This document shows positions 52,316-64,000 of a DNA stretch of 64,000 nt, one piece after another (the stretch's first letter is position 1; every line of letters starts with the position of its first letter). The notes beneath the pieces were generated by a model. It worked only from the letters and a program-made list of their open reading frames with translations. It was not told the origin of the DNA and did no database searches. Location of the stretch: the NCBI RefSeq assembly GCF_032062105.1, contig NW_026929962.1, forward strand, positions 868,001-932,000, written 5' to 3'. The stretch is from Saccostrea cucullata. Its lineage: Eukaryota. The position numbers and the translations under genes were made by a program.

Positions 52316-55049
52316 CCACTTATATACACTGGCCAACTTTACGTGTTCATATATTTACGAATTCAAAATTCTGCACCCTTCATTGTATTCACTTATATTT
52401 AAGTAAATAGCAGTATTCATTAATTAGCATGTCGTTCTCTGCGCTAAAGCCGCTAAATATGAAACCCGTTATTTAGAGTTATAGACATTGTGATTTCTTG
52501 TTTTATTCTTTAAATTAAATCAGTTTTTAAGAGCCTTGTTTCTGAGGGAGTGATAAAGGCAATGAAATGCTTCATCACTATTACATAGCACTTACATTAT
52601 AAATTGCTTTCTAATCATTTTTTTATATTATTGAAATACAAACCCTGGAAACATATTAATAAATGAATGCTAAGTATGAAACAATATTGGATTATATATT
52701 ATTAATAAGGAACCTAGCAGATAAAGTAATAAGACCACTGAGAAAACAACATCATATTTGCCTCATGGACAGAAAACTACTGCATTGTAACAGATAAAAT
52801 CACGCAAGACAGGTGCATATGTAACCTGCATATATATGTGTTATTATATGATATGCATTAACAATATTTTAAGGCTTGTTCACTTGTAGTTTACTTACCC
52901 CCCCCCCCCCCCCCCCCCAAAGAAACAATACTATGTCCATATATGAACATTTCGGCAAAAAATACCTTACCCACAGATTGCAAAATACAGAGCGTTTTTG
53001 CCTTCAACTGAAGAAAAACTTAAGATTCACAAAAAAATTATGAAATTTTATTGTTAAAGATTTACAAATTATGTTATGTGCGATTATTTATGTACAAAAT
53101 GATACGAAATAAAAATTAAAAAAAAACTTTTAAAAGCGCACCAATAATTGATTCATTCTTTCGTCAATATTTTCACAAAATCTGAAATAAAATAAAACTG
53201 AAATAAAAATCGAAGATATCTTGCGTAAAAAACAACAGAGCTATCAGAACTATTGGATACGTATCTAAATTACAAGGAACAAAGATTCAAACATTTTCGT
53301 TACTAGGCATTGTAACATGCAGAGATTTTCTCAGTCTTTATAGTGACGATTTATTTTAATAACACCCTAAAATATGCTAATTTTCCAATAAAAAATGTAA
53401 AATTTCAGGCTGTACAGAAAATATTTTACGTTGTCATATACACTATACTAAACATATAAAAGAACGTTTAAATTTTTTAAAAGCTTGAAAGGAAGGTTAC
53501 AGATCTTCCCTTGTTATCATTATATTTTGTTTTATGAAGAAAAAACATTCTTTTTTATTTCTTAAAAAAAACCTGAATTCATATCAGTAAAAGATAGGCA
53601 GCTTTCTTAACTTGAAAAGATCTTCATCAGTTCGAGATTTTGTGAAAGCAAACAAATGAATAACAATTATTTCATTTTCATATAATTAGGTTGTTATTAT
53701 GTTTCATCAAAATTAGCACCAGATGAGGTAAACCTTTTTTCTTTTTGTTTCTTCAAGAGAAGGATAAAATACACAAAATATTTTTGTATGAGTTATAATA
53801 AAAGAATTAAATGACACCAAATCCCTACATAGAATTCATGATTATAATGTTTAATTTACGTCAATCAATCTATATTACATTGTTATTTTTGTTACCAAAA
53901 TCAATGGAGAATCTAGAAATTCTCATCTTTAAACCTGACTAATTCTTACCTTTATACCTGACTTTTCCATTTTTACCGATTCCTGTCATTGTGACCATTT
54001 CGTCCACGTCACTTTGTGATAGCTTTTCTCCAAGGGTAGTCATTACAGACCGAAATTCTTCCATTGTTATGTATCCCTTCTTTTCCTCGTCAAATATCTA
54101 AGAAAACAATTAAATCTTTTTTTACCTATCGTATTTTTCTTGATGAAATCAACACAAGCGCCTTTAAAACCTATGCTGTATACTAGTATGCAAGATTTTA
54201 TGTTTTTAATATATTAAAAATAATGGACTTTTGAAACAAATATGGCACAATACAGTTCTAAATGCAATAATCCTTATATTTCTCCCACCCTGTTTATCCC
54301 AATGAATCGCAAGGATACATCTGTAGTTCTTTACCTCGAACGCTTCTATCAATTCCTTTGGCGAATCTATTGGTTGATTCATCCTATTGGCCATCAGTAC
54401 AAAACTCTTCAAATTCAATCTCTCCGCTTCCTGAATATAAAACAAAAACAACTAAAAAGAATACATTGGTCAGTTTACATCGATTAATGAAAGTGTTAAG
54501 TGTTTTTAATTTTTTGTGAGGTTAAACATAACTTTTCTCGATTATGTTAAGTCCGTTGAATTCATTATAAGAGCTCTGCTATAATCTCATGACGATTTAA
54601 TTACAACTTATACTAAGCAGGTGTATTTAACTATAATACAAAGGAAGTGGACTGTGATTTTATCTCCGACAGCAATATACATTCAGATAACGCATAAAGG
54701 ATTAATTCTATGTAGAGATAAGAATAATCATTATTTCAAAGGTTTAAAGCTCCACTGAATAAAAAAGTTATCTTATCAAGATTATAAATGAGATGTGGGT
54801 CTTTATAGATGTTTAAAATGATTGGTTTGGGGGAAAAACATGGTAACACCTGTTTCAAAATGAAGTGCATTAAGAATAATTAAGAATAATGCTTAGAAAA
54901 CAAAATAATTTCATGTTCGTTTGCATTTATCAAAACTTAATGTCATAACACGGTCATTAATAATAATCAATTATTATCAATTATTTAGTAGTTTATTTCA
55001 TGTTATATTTTTGTATTTATCACATCTTGATTTGATTTGAACATATTTT

Positions 55050-55850
55050 ATTATGTAACAATTACATGAATGGATTGGGCAGCAGGCATAGCCTATATAT
55101 AAGCCCTCTCCATAGGTACAAGGTTAATTAATACACATATAGTAACAGGTTCATATATCACCGATAAGTTATATATAACTAACACAAATTTGAATGGATT
55201 ATGGGAGACAGAAAAAATACATAAGAGTGAAAAGAGAAAAGGAAAAAAAACAACAAATGAATACCGGTTTATAAATGTGGAAATGAGAGGAAAAAATCGA
55301 AAAATGAGAATTACAGCAATTTATAAACATACAATGAATGTGTATTTGATTTAGGCAAGAACTGGAATAAATATTTCATAGTTTTACTTCATTTATGAAA
55401 CCTTTTGGTTTGTGATATATATTTATGAACAACTATCAAACAATTTCATATTTTTAGCATAAGAAATATTACTATCACCAAATAAAAGATTTAGGGATAT
55501 AGAATGTTGCAGGTCTATACTAGATATACAATTTAAAAGAGTATTTCTTTGCTCAACATGGGCATTCAAAGAAAAAATGATATGAATTTTCTGTATGAAA
55601 ATCACAGTTTTCATATTTTGAACTATCACTAATATAATCTTTCAGTAAATCATCATTTAAACTACTAGCATTATTTCTTAGCTGACAATGAATAATATTT
55701 TGACTACGATTTCCATGATTAAAAAGATTATTAGGTGTTCTACAATGAGTCTTTTAATGGCATTAGTGAAAGAAGATAGTGTTGGTAAACTTCTAATATG
55801 GTATGGTAAACTATTCCATAATTTGATTGTAGATGGGAAATAACTATTCA
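55050..55850 (-). mobile_element. Degenerate CR1/L2-group LINE 3' fragment in gene B intron 3
   Basis: Frameshifted ENSYHFFFECP and LNLLFGDSNISY resemble the C-terminus of the intact ORF2 (EDAYHFFFVC..LLLWGNENLS). Confidence 0.6.
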
Positions 55851-57075
55851 TATATGATGTGGTCCTCGTTGAGGAATAAGAAAAGTAAGACCATCATTGT
55901 TTCTTAATGAATATGGGGTTTGGGGTGGAATACAAGGTCCTAAAAGATCTTGAAAGTATTGTGGCGCTAACCCATACACGATTTTGTAAAATAATAATTT
56001 ATGTATTATCACATCTTGCTCTAATGAAACTACTTTCTTTCGATTATCATTTCTCTAGCTAGTACTAGTGTTGTATTTTAAATTTTTAATTCATAATAGT
56101 CAAAAATACTAGCTTTTGGTAAATTAATATTCTTTTTTAAAATTATAAAGGATTTAAGTAAGTTTTTAAATTGCAAATCAAACTACAAGGTCAAGCGATA
56201 AAAAAGTACTTAAAGATGGGTATTGTCCCACATAATCCAAATGTGAAATAAGAAAGTATGTGCACCTCCTGCCATAAGATGAGGCGAGGTAAAAAAAAAT
56301 TCCCAAAAGTAGGTAAGCCTCAAAGGTAAAGGAATAAGAAAATCCTAGCATTAAAATTCTAATGTATTGTTAAAGTACTAGATAAATGAAAATAGATAAA
56401 ATATTTGGAACTCAATGAAAGGTCTTGTCAAAAGAAATATAAATGTTAATATAAAAGATATCTTCAACCAATCAAAAGTGCCGACAGGCAAGATTTAAGT
56501 TTTTTGTGGAATAATAGACGAACAGATATACAGACAGACAGATGGACGGACAGGTCAAAAGCTATTCCTCAGAATCTTCTATTCGGGGGAATGATATAGA
56601 AAATCATCTTGCTTAAAATGTCTATGGATATAAAACTACTAACCATCTTCGTCAACTTCCGCTATCATTTGTCGCAGTTCCTCCTCTGAAGGTTCTTGAC
56701 CTAATTGTCTCATTACCGTCCCAAGTTCCTCGCAGTTCACTGTGCCATCTCCATCCCTATCGAAAAGGAGAAAGGTTTCCCGAAGTTCTGTAAAAATATA
56801 GAATGTTAATATACCCTTTTTAACAGACTTTTCTCCAATTTCCAAACGAAAAGAATTGTAAATCTTAATCATCGTCTTTAGAAATTCCAAATCTTTTTAA
56901 TTGTTTTTGCATTAACAGCAAGTATAGAAGACTGCATGACTTTTTATTTAACAAAATATTGTTGCATTACCACTTACCTGCAATTTGTTCAGGTGTAAGA
57001 GAGTCCTGAAAAACGAATAATATTTTAAACGATGAAAATGCAATAATTTGAGCAATTAGAAGGGGAATTTTATAC

Positions 57076-57123
57076 CTTAACTTTCTTTTTCATTCGACTT
57101 TGAGCCCTGTACGTCATGTTTAA
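57076..57123 (-). CDS. Candidate 48-nt phase 0-0 cassette exon (LNMTYRAQSRMKKKVK) in intron 1 of gene B
   Basis: Pyrimidine tract tttttacttgttgttctgaag|TTAAACATG...GTTAAG|gtataa; open, 16 codons, starts LNM like the gene D cassette. The AAG acceptor and the 70-nt downstream intron are weaker points. Confidence 0.55.
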
Positions 57124-58324
57124 CTTCAGAACAACAAGTAAAAATAAACCTTTATAAAAATCGTGGACAATAGGCTTATATCCCATCAGTTTATTGCATT
57201 CATTGAACGTGAACTCTCGATCCTAAAGTTTAAGATCCTTTGTCAAAACACAAATTTCTATGGGTGTCATCTTTATTCTTTTGAAATTGCGACACGTATA
57301 AATGTAAAAAAAAAAGTGAAAACGTTGTAGAATCTAATAGCGATTAAGAGTTATAAAATTTCTTATCAAAATATTTATACAGATTTAATATGCATAAAAT
57401 TACTTACCATGCTAGGAATATCGGGGACAAATCTTTTTATGTTCTCTCATTTCACGACAGTGGCCAAGAATTGTTTTCCTCTATCGATTTAATGTCAATA
57501 AAAAAAACCAAACGTCGCTAAAATATTTCACAGTCCAACAGGTTCACTAAAGTGAGGTTGTTATTTTAGCATTATCTTACAGGATTTAAATAACTCATGG
57601 AGATTTTTTTTATTTCACTAACGGCACTCTGGCGATATATGATAGACAACTTGTCGCTCCGACCATATCGTCTTACTGTAAGTTTTTTTCAATGTACACT
57701 AAGAGGTTTCCAAACCCGGACTATCATAAATAAAACAGTTTATTTAATTGTTGCAATTAACAGATCGTCCTCTTAAGTGGTGAATGTGCACAGGTGCATT
57801 TAAATTTGATTTAAATTAGGGAAAGCTCTTTGGGTAAGAGCTATAACATAATCTTAAGTCAAGGAGCATATCAAAAATTTTCTATTAAACAAATGACATT
57901 AAGTAACATTTTCGCATCTTTTATGTACGTAAGTTCTATGGTTAATACAATGACTTTGTCAGCAAATACAATTTATTATTAAGTCAAATTCTGACTGACG
58001 TTATTCATATTTATAGTTCAGCAGTATTATATATACACTGAATTTTCGACGGATTTTTATGTTATTTCCCGATCATTACAAGGAACACACGGTGTGGGTG
58101 ACATGTCGGCATGAACTGCTGACTCCTCCATGGCACCTGATTCCACCTCTGATTTCTTTGGATGACCGTATTTGCTCTGCTCCAATTTTGTATAGTTTAA
58201 TGGACTTTTAAACTTGAATACATTTCGCTATCTCCCTATATTTCACCCTTCACTTGCATAATGTTTTAAAAATGAAAACAAGCCATTCATCTATAATTGT
58301 TTATTCAAATCAATGTCCAAATTA

Positions 58325-61300
58325 TTATTTTGACGTTATATGCTTCACAAAGTCTGAAAGATAAAAAATATCAAGATAAAATTTGTTATGGAAAGTTTGA
58401 GTTACGTCTCTTTGGTCGTTTAAATACACAAAATACAAGATTCGTGTCCCCCGCTTAGGGAAAAAAGATGAAAAAAAAATGTATACATATATACTGAAGC
58501 AAATAAAATACATGTATGTCAATATGCATATAAAGATTTGATTGCTTATTCTTTATTAGTGTATGATTCTTTTTATATGGAATATTTATCACACTGTAAT
58601 GATGATTTTATAACCTCATAAATTTTTCATTTCTCATTTAGTAAAAAAAAAAGAAAAGTATTTTTTTTTTGGTCGATCCCGTGTTGTAGACATACCACAA
58701 AATCGCCTTAACAAGTATATGTTGAAGTCACATACATGTATATATTCATGTTCGGTATTCTCAAAAATTTTATATCCATGGTGTTTGATTTATTTAGCCT
58801 TTATTAAACAGTTCTAATAGATGTAATAAGAACATAAAGTCCGCCGAGAACCTGTTTTATACGCAATAACTCTCCTCATGCCCCTGTGCTAAAAATAGCG
58901 ACATGTAATACTATACATACTAATGCACTTTGAATTTTTTGTAATATAAAATTACATTGCGCTCAAAATCTTCTTGAAAACAAATGATAGTGTTACACAC
59001 AAAATGTATAAATTTAATGAACTTTGACCTTTTGACCTCAAAATCGTCTTCATTAGGCCACAGGGAGTTGTTATGTAAAATTTCATTGCAAATTTTTGTT
59101 GTTGAAAGTGTTATAAAACCATTCTTTTTTTTTGACCTCAAAATCAATAGGGTTCTTATAGAGAGTTGCTATGCTAAATTTCATGGCAAAAGTATCGAGA
59201 TATCGTGTGGAAATCAAAGCGTTATGCTTTTCCCCCACTTTTCAAGCGGGGGACAAAAAGGAGAATTGCTTTGAACCAAAATTAGACATATTTATTCATT
59301 AAGAAGATACCACTTCTTGCAATTTTTTGTAAACGTTAACAAAAAAAAAAAAAAAAAAAAAAAAATAGATAATAAGCCCGTTTCAAACCAATTTTTGTTG
59401 TTGAAAGAAACCATTTTTTTGTAATCTCTTTAGCAGTACATGTATTAGGAATATGCTTTTTTCCCTCTTTAATAATAACGGTCGCAGTATCACTTCCCAG
59501 ACATTTTTGTAAATTGTGTTCTTACTGTATTTATAGACATTTTTATATTTCAAAGAAAAATATGTTTGTTTATTTTGTGCACTTTTGTTTATTTTGTGCA
59601 CTTTTAGAGTTATTAAAGGAACAAAATGGCCGAAAATTGATCATATAGCTATAAAGTGTTTCTTGGGCAAATAATGTTTATTTTCAAATCCATGATCTTA
59701 TTGTCAACCATTTTGTCCAAGGAGCTGCAACTGTCTTGCTGTCCGAGCATGGGTTTCAAGCTTGTACAGAGAACTGACCATAACAATAAAATTCATGATT
59801 CATGATTTAATTCTGTGAGATTTTACTGGTTTTTACTGATTGATTAATAATATGTTTTACATCTCATTCGAATTCTTTTCACTCGTGTAGAGACGTCACG
59901 TGCCGTATGCCGGTGAATTGCACTCAGGATCAGAGAGCAGTTAGAGTTCTTTATCATTCCAAAGACTACTTTGATACTGGACCTCAGGTTTTAAAAGCAA
60001 AAAAAAGCAAACTTGACCGTTAAACTTGAAATTTCCCCATGTTTAAAACCATTTTAAAAGAATTTATTTTACCTTTTTTCTTATAAGAATTTGCTGCACA
60101 CATTGAATATTTTGTTTTACGGTTTATAACGTTTTCCCTGAGAAATCATATCATTATGCATGTACATTGCGAAAGAAGATATGCGTATAGATTTTTTAGT
60201 CTTTATAAATAACTGCTTTTATTAACTTTTACAAAAATGATTTCCCATTTTCTTAGTGATCAATTAATTTAACGTTGAGGTATTGCAGAAGGAGAATGTC
60301 ACTGATGAAAGAACAGTGTTAAAGAGGAAATAATTCCTGCCACAATGTTACCTTTATATCGAATGTATCCATTGCCACCCAATCCAGTGTCCACGATCAT
60401 TTCATCCACGTCCTCGTCCGTAAGTCTTTCTCCCAGCGTTGTCATGACGCTTCGAAACTCTGCCACTGAAATATATCCTGTTTTGTTTTCGTCAAACACT
60501 TGAAAGGCCTCAATTAATTCGTCAGGAGAATCTGTACACTGCATTTGTTTGGCCATCATTTGTAGAAATTCGTCAAATTCAACGTCACCGTTTCCTAATT
60601 AAAAAATGTATAAATTGTAGCAGTTTGCAAACAATGCCTTTCATTAAAATAAATCATGGGCTATAGTTTTTTAAACATACTTAAATATGTCTGTAACTAT
60701 GATATAATTAAGTACCGTTTCAATAAAATATTGTAGAACATAATCATACTTTCAAGATAAAATAGTTAAATACTTCCTTTACATTCTTTAAGGGTTGTGA
60801 ATAAAGCAATAAATTCAAATCTAAAACTGGTCAATTTAATACAAAATGGTTAAATGTTGAAACAAAGGAAAAATTACAAAGGACTATATTCCAATATGAA
60901 CAGTATTGCCCCTTAAATTTTTGATTGAGAAATCTATAAATATGTTCTAAACTTGAAGAATATTTGCCGACTCAATATTTTCATCAACTATGGCGTCTTA
61001 TTTTACATATGAGGCCATGGAGATAGGGATTCAAGATGTTTAATGACTTGAGAGAAAAAAAAAATTAAAAGTCATCTAGTGCAAGACTGCAACAACTCTT
61101 GTCTTTTGAAATAATGTGTATTTTAATACACATTGAATATTGTGAATATTGTTCCTTGGTAATATATGTAAACAAATAAACAACCAATCGATCTCCTTTA
61201 TCGATGGACTTAATCTGCATACAAAACAAACACAGTTTTAATTCTTTATAAATATATATATTGTATTTTAATACACATTGAAATCTTTTCAATATATGAC

Positions 61301-63053
61301 CAGTAATTCTTTCTTGTAAAAATCTTTTCAATTTGACCCCTTTCTTGTAAAAAAAAAAAGAAACAGCATAATCAAATAGTTTATCACGTCATAAACACAA
61401 GAATAATTAGTAAGAATCTTAATCCAAACTACAAATTTATCTAGAGATTTTCAAAATATGGCTTTTATTGGGCAAAAAAAAATGTTTTTAACGTACTTTA
61501 CAGGTCTAAAATAAAAAAAGGTTCTATTCATGATCCAAGCATTTTATTTTTAATTTTTTTTTATTTTACCGTCAACATCCACTTCAGCAATCATGTCCAT
61601 AAGCTCCTTTTCCGTGGGGTCCTGACCCATTGACCTCATCACTGCCCCCAGTTCCTCCGTACTAACCGTCCCATCCCCGTCCTTGTCAAACACCAAGAAA
61701 GCCTCTTTAATGTCTGAGTCAAAGAGAACAACAAATACGAAAATATAAAATAATCAGATGGATCTTGTAAGCACGTTGATATTTAAGGAATCACTGTCTA
61801 GTCCGTTATGAATGCAAATTATCCCGCGTGTCCAACTATCTTTGATGCCCTGGCATACTCTACAACTAGACATCGATTCCTTATATTTCCATTTCATTGT
61901 AAAAGAAAACTATAACTTAAGATTTTAAAAATGTATACTAATAGATATGAATTACATGAGGCCTCCCATGTTAAATTCAATAGTCCCAGCCCACTGATGT
62001 CAAAAAACAAAGACAGTCTCACGAGATTTTCATGCGTTTTAGGCTTCCTCATCGTTAACACAAAGGTACACTAGACGCACGAAAATTTACATATACATGC
62101 ATATTAGACCTTTTTAGTCCCTGACCTATCGCCTAGCGAAATTTACATTCCGGTAGAATGATTAACAAATCAAGTCAACTAATTTTCAATGAGTTGTCAC
62201 AGAGAAAACAATTAGAAATTGAAATATAGCTATTTTGATAATTAAACTTCCATTGGTTAAAATTGGTCTATTAATATTGGCTCTTGAGAAGATGTTGAAA
62301 CTTCAAAGCATGAAAAGTTTACAGACGGACAAACGACGCACATTTGGTGATCAGGAAAGCTCACTTCAGCTTTCAGCTCGGAAGAGCTAAAAAAAAAAAT
62401 CAATCCAAGAAATCTCACATTTTTTCCATGTTCAGTCTTGTAAATGAACTTAGTTTTCTCTCTTTTTAAGGTTATGTAACTTCAGCAAGTCCAAATTTTA
62501 AAATTTATTCATAAATGTTTTCTAAGACGTACCATTTATCTGCTCCTCTGTTAGGTTTTCAACCTGGAAAATATAAAAATGCAAAAACTATGAAAACTTG
62601 GTAATACGAAATACATAAACACATGGCAATGCTTTCAGAACTTTACGTGAATTATTTCGTATTTCAGTTCATTACTTACAAGGTTTAAAACCTGTTTAAA
62701 GTTATGTTTACAAGTTAAAGAAAATACTCTGTAAATACATTTAAATTCCTAGGTCTTTTGTTTATTTTCCATAAGAAACTTTAGAAGTATATTTACATTA
62801 ACTTCAACGACTTTTGAAATTTTCTACCAATTACTCCCCGTGGTTAAAATATCAAAATCTTTATTTTTTTCTTTCACTTTTCGAAAGAAAAATATCTTTT
62901 CTTTTTGTATGCGATAAATTATCACAGCACATCGCATCAAGTAGTCGTAATCTTATTAGATTTTTTTTTATATTTAAAAAAAGATATAATCTCAAATTAA
63001 ACATTATCAAAGTTATTAATAACTGTTGTTAAATACCAATTATTACTTACCAT
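58325..63053 (-). CDS. Calmodulin-like protein A (149 aa; 153 aa with candidate microexon)
   Basis: Exons 63051-63053 (ATG|gtaagt), 62533-62563, 61570-61713, 60352-60594, 58325-58353; all GT-AG; sizes 3/31/144/243/29 as in calmodulin. Protein [151 protein letters not shown]4 loop is degenerate. Confidence 0.92.
62680..62691 (-). CDS. Candidate 12-nt phase 0-0 microexon (VLNL) in intron 1 of gene A
   Basis: Minus strand tttaaacag|GTTTTAAACCTT|gtaagta; frame-preserving; resembles the start of exon 2 (GTTGAAAACCTA) and the LN start of the cassettes in genes B and D. Confidence 0.5.
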
Positions 63054-64000
63054 TCTATTTGGTACATTTAGAATTCCGACTGAAGCTTTTCTTCTGTAAA
63101 CTAATTTATTTGACCAGTATATTCATAATCAATGGCGAAGCCACTGTCTTTAAAATTAAAGCAACTTTTAGTTTTCCTTATGTCTTTGCCAACCTGTAAT
63201 CAATGGCTACACGATTATACGAGTGGAAACCAAATAAGCAATTGACAAGGTATATCATACAAGAAAATCAATCTTTCCTCTCCTGCCACTACTCTGAAAT
63301 TGTACCATTTCGTGACCCAACCTTGAATACAAAGAAATCATCAATATTTTGTCGAACGCTTTCACACGGGACACACACAAAATTGATTGACATTTTTGAC
63401 TCGATCAGTCTGACGGGACAAATAAATATATATCTGTAATACAAGCACTAATATTGCATTTAATTGAATAATACAGAGTCGGGAGTTTAATTACTAAGAA
63501 GAAATTTAAAAATGGCATCCATCAGTGCTGAACACAAAACTGATTCAAAGAAGAGCAAAAGAGGTTGTTTGACAGTATTTACTTTCCTATGTTCATGTAC
63601 AGAAAATTCCAGTTTATTCCATAATGACTAGAAAAATGGTCTTTAGAACTAAATATCGATCATATTTAATGCAATAGATATTTTTTTCTTCAATCCGTTT
63701 TCATTTATTGAATATATATACAATTCGCATCGCAATCATCCTATCTCAGCTATCATGTCTTGAAGACTGTGTCACCAGCTTTATATAATCTGAAAGTAAT
63801 AAAGTTTTAAATACTTTAAAATAAACATTTAAGAACTATTTCATTGGCAGGAAGACTATCTGTAGCCTATAACGAAAGCAAATGATACTTAAACTTTGGC
63901 AATAACCATTTCATATAATAAATTCAGGTGTAACTAACATATGTTCTCTTTTTGTTAGTGTGAAAGTGAACTAAATAATTCACAACAAATTACCTTGAAA

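Larger units (their letters stand above)
53153..57410 (-). pseudogene. Calmodulin-like gene B with a frameshift in exon 4 (null allele, young pseudogene or assembly error)
   Basis: Exons 57408-57410 (ATG|gtaagt), 56978-57005, 56644-56787, 54335-54430, 53950-54097, 53153-53181. [68 protein letters not shown] / [80 protein letters not shown]. The frame shifts at the T4 run 54401-54404, giving TAG at 54384-54386. Minus-strand AATAAA at 53047-53052. Confidence 0.85.

Noticed and set aside
53607-53640. DLELMKIFSS* as last exon of gene B
   Set aside because: No AG acceptor (cacaaa); 53153-53181 is canonical.
59647-59773. Open phase-1 segment [13 protein letters not shown]... as last exon of gene A
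   Set aside because: Weak pyrimidine tract and no calmodulin similarity; 58325-58353 (DFVKHITSK*) fits size and homology. It cannot be excluded as a minor alternative.
323-63439. Most 60-140 aa ORFs in the supplied track
   Set aside because: Low-complexity AT-rich frames, antisense shadows of real exons or the LINE, or repeat-derived.

Overview
AT-rich, intron-containing animal genomic DNA. The repeat families (Cg170-like ~166-bp satellite inside Helentron-like elements, Meta/Deu-domain SINEs) point to a bivalve, probably an oyster; this is inferred from remembered motifs. The core of the window is a tandem cluster of four divergent calmodulin-like (4 EF-hand) genes, all on the minus strand, assembled by hand from GT-AG junctions: A 58325-63053, B 53153-57410 (frameshifted in this sequence), C 37217-49325 and D 15135-20523. 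All keep the calmodulin layout of an exon ending in ATG|GT followed by short exon 2, ~144-nt exon 3, ~243-nt exon 4 and a short last exon. The most unusual observation is that every paralog has candidate frame-preserving (phase 0-0) extra exons in intron 1, each adding a different N-terminal tag: VLNL (A, 12 nt), basic LNMTYRAQSRMKKKVK (B), three tandem 18-nt microexons EERVET (C) and acidic [17 protein letters not shown] (D). The paralogs also differ in which EF-hand loops are intact. An intact two-ORF CR1/L2-group LINE with a 2A (StopGo) motif ends about 330 bp upstream of gene D's ATG. The rest is a dense mix of Penelope-like 3' fragments, SINEs, Helentron-like elements, MITEs, a decayed Tc1 element and local tandem duplications. 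All splice models are inferred from sequence only.
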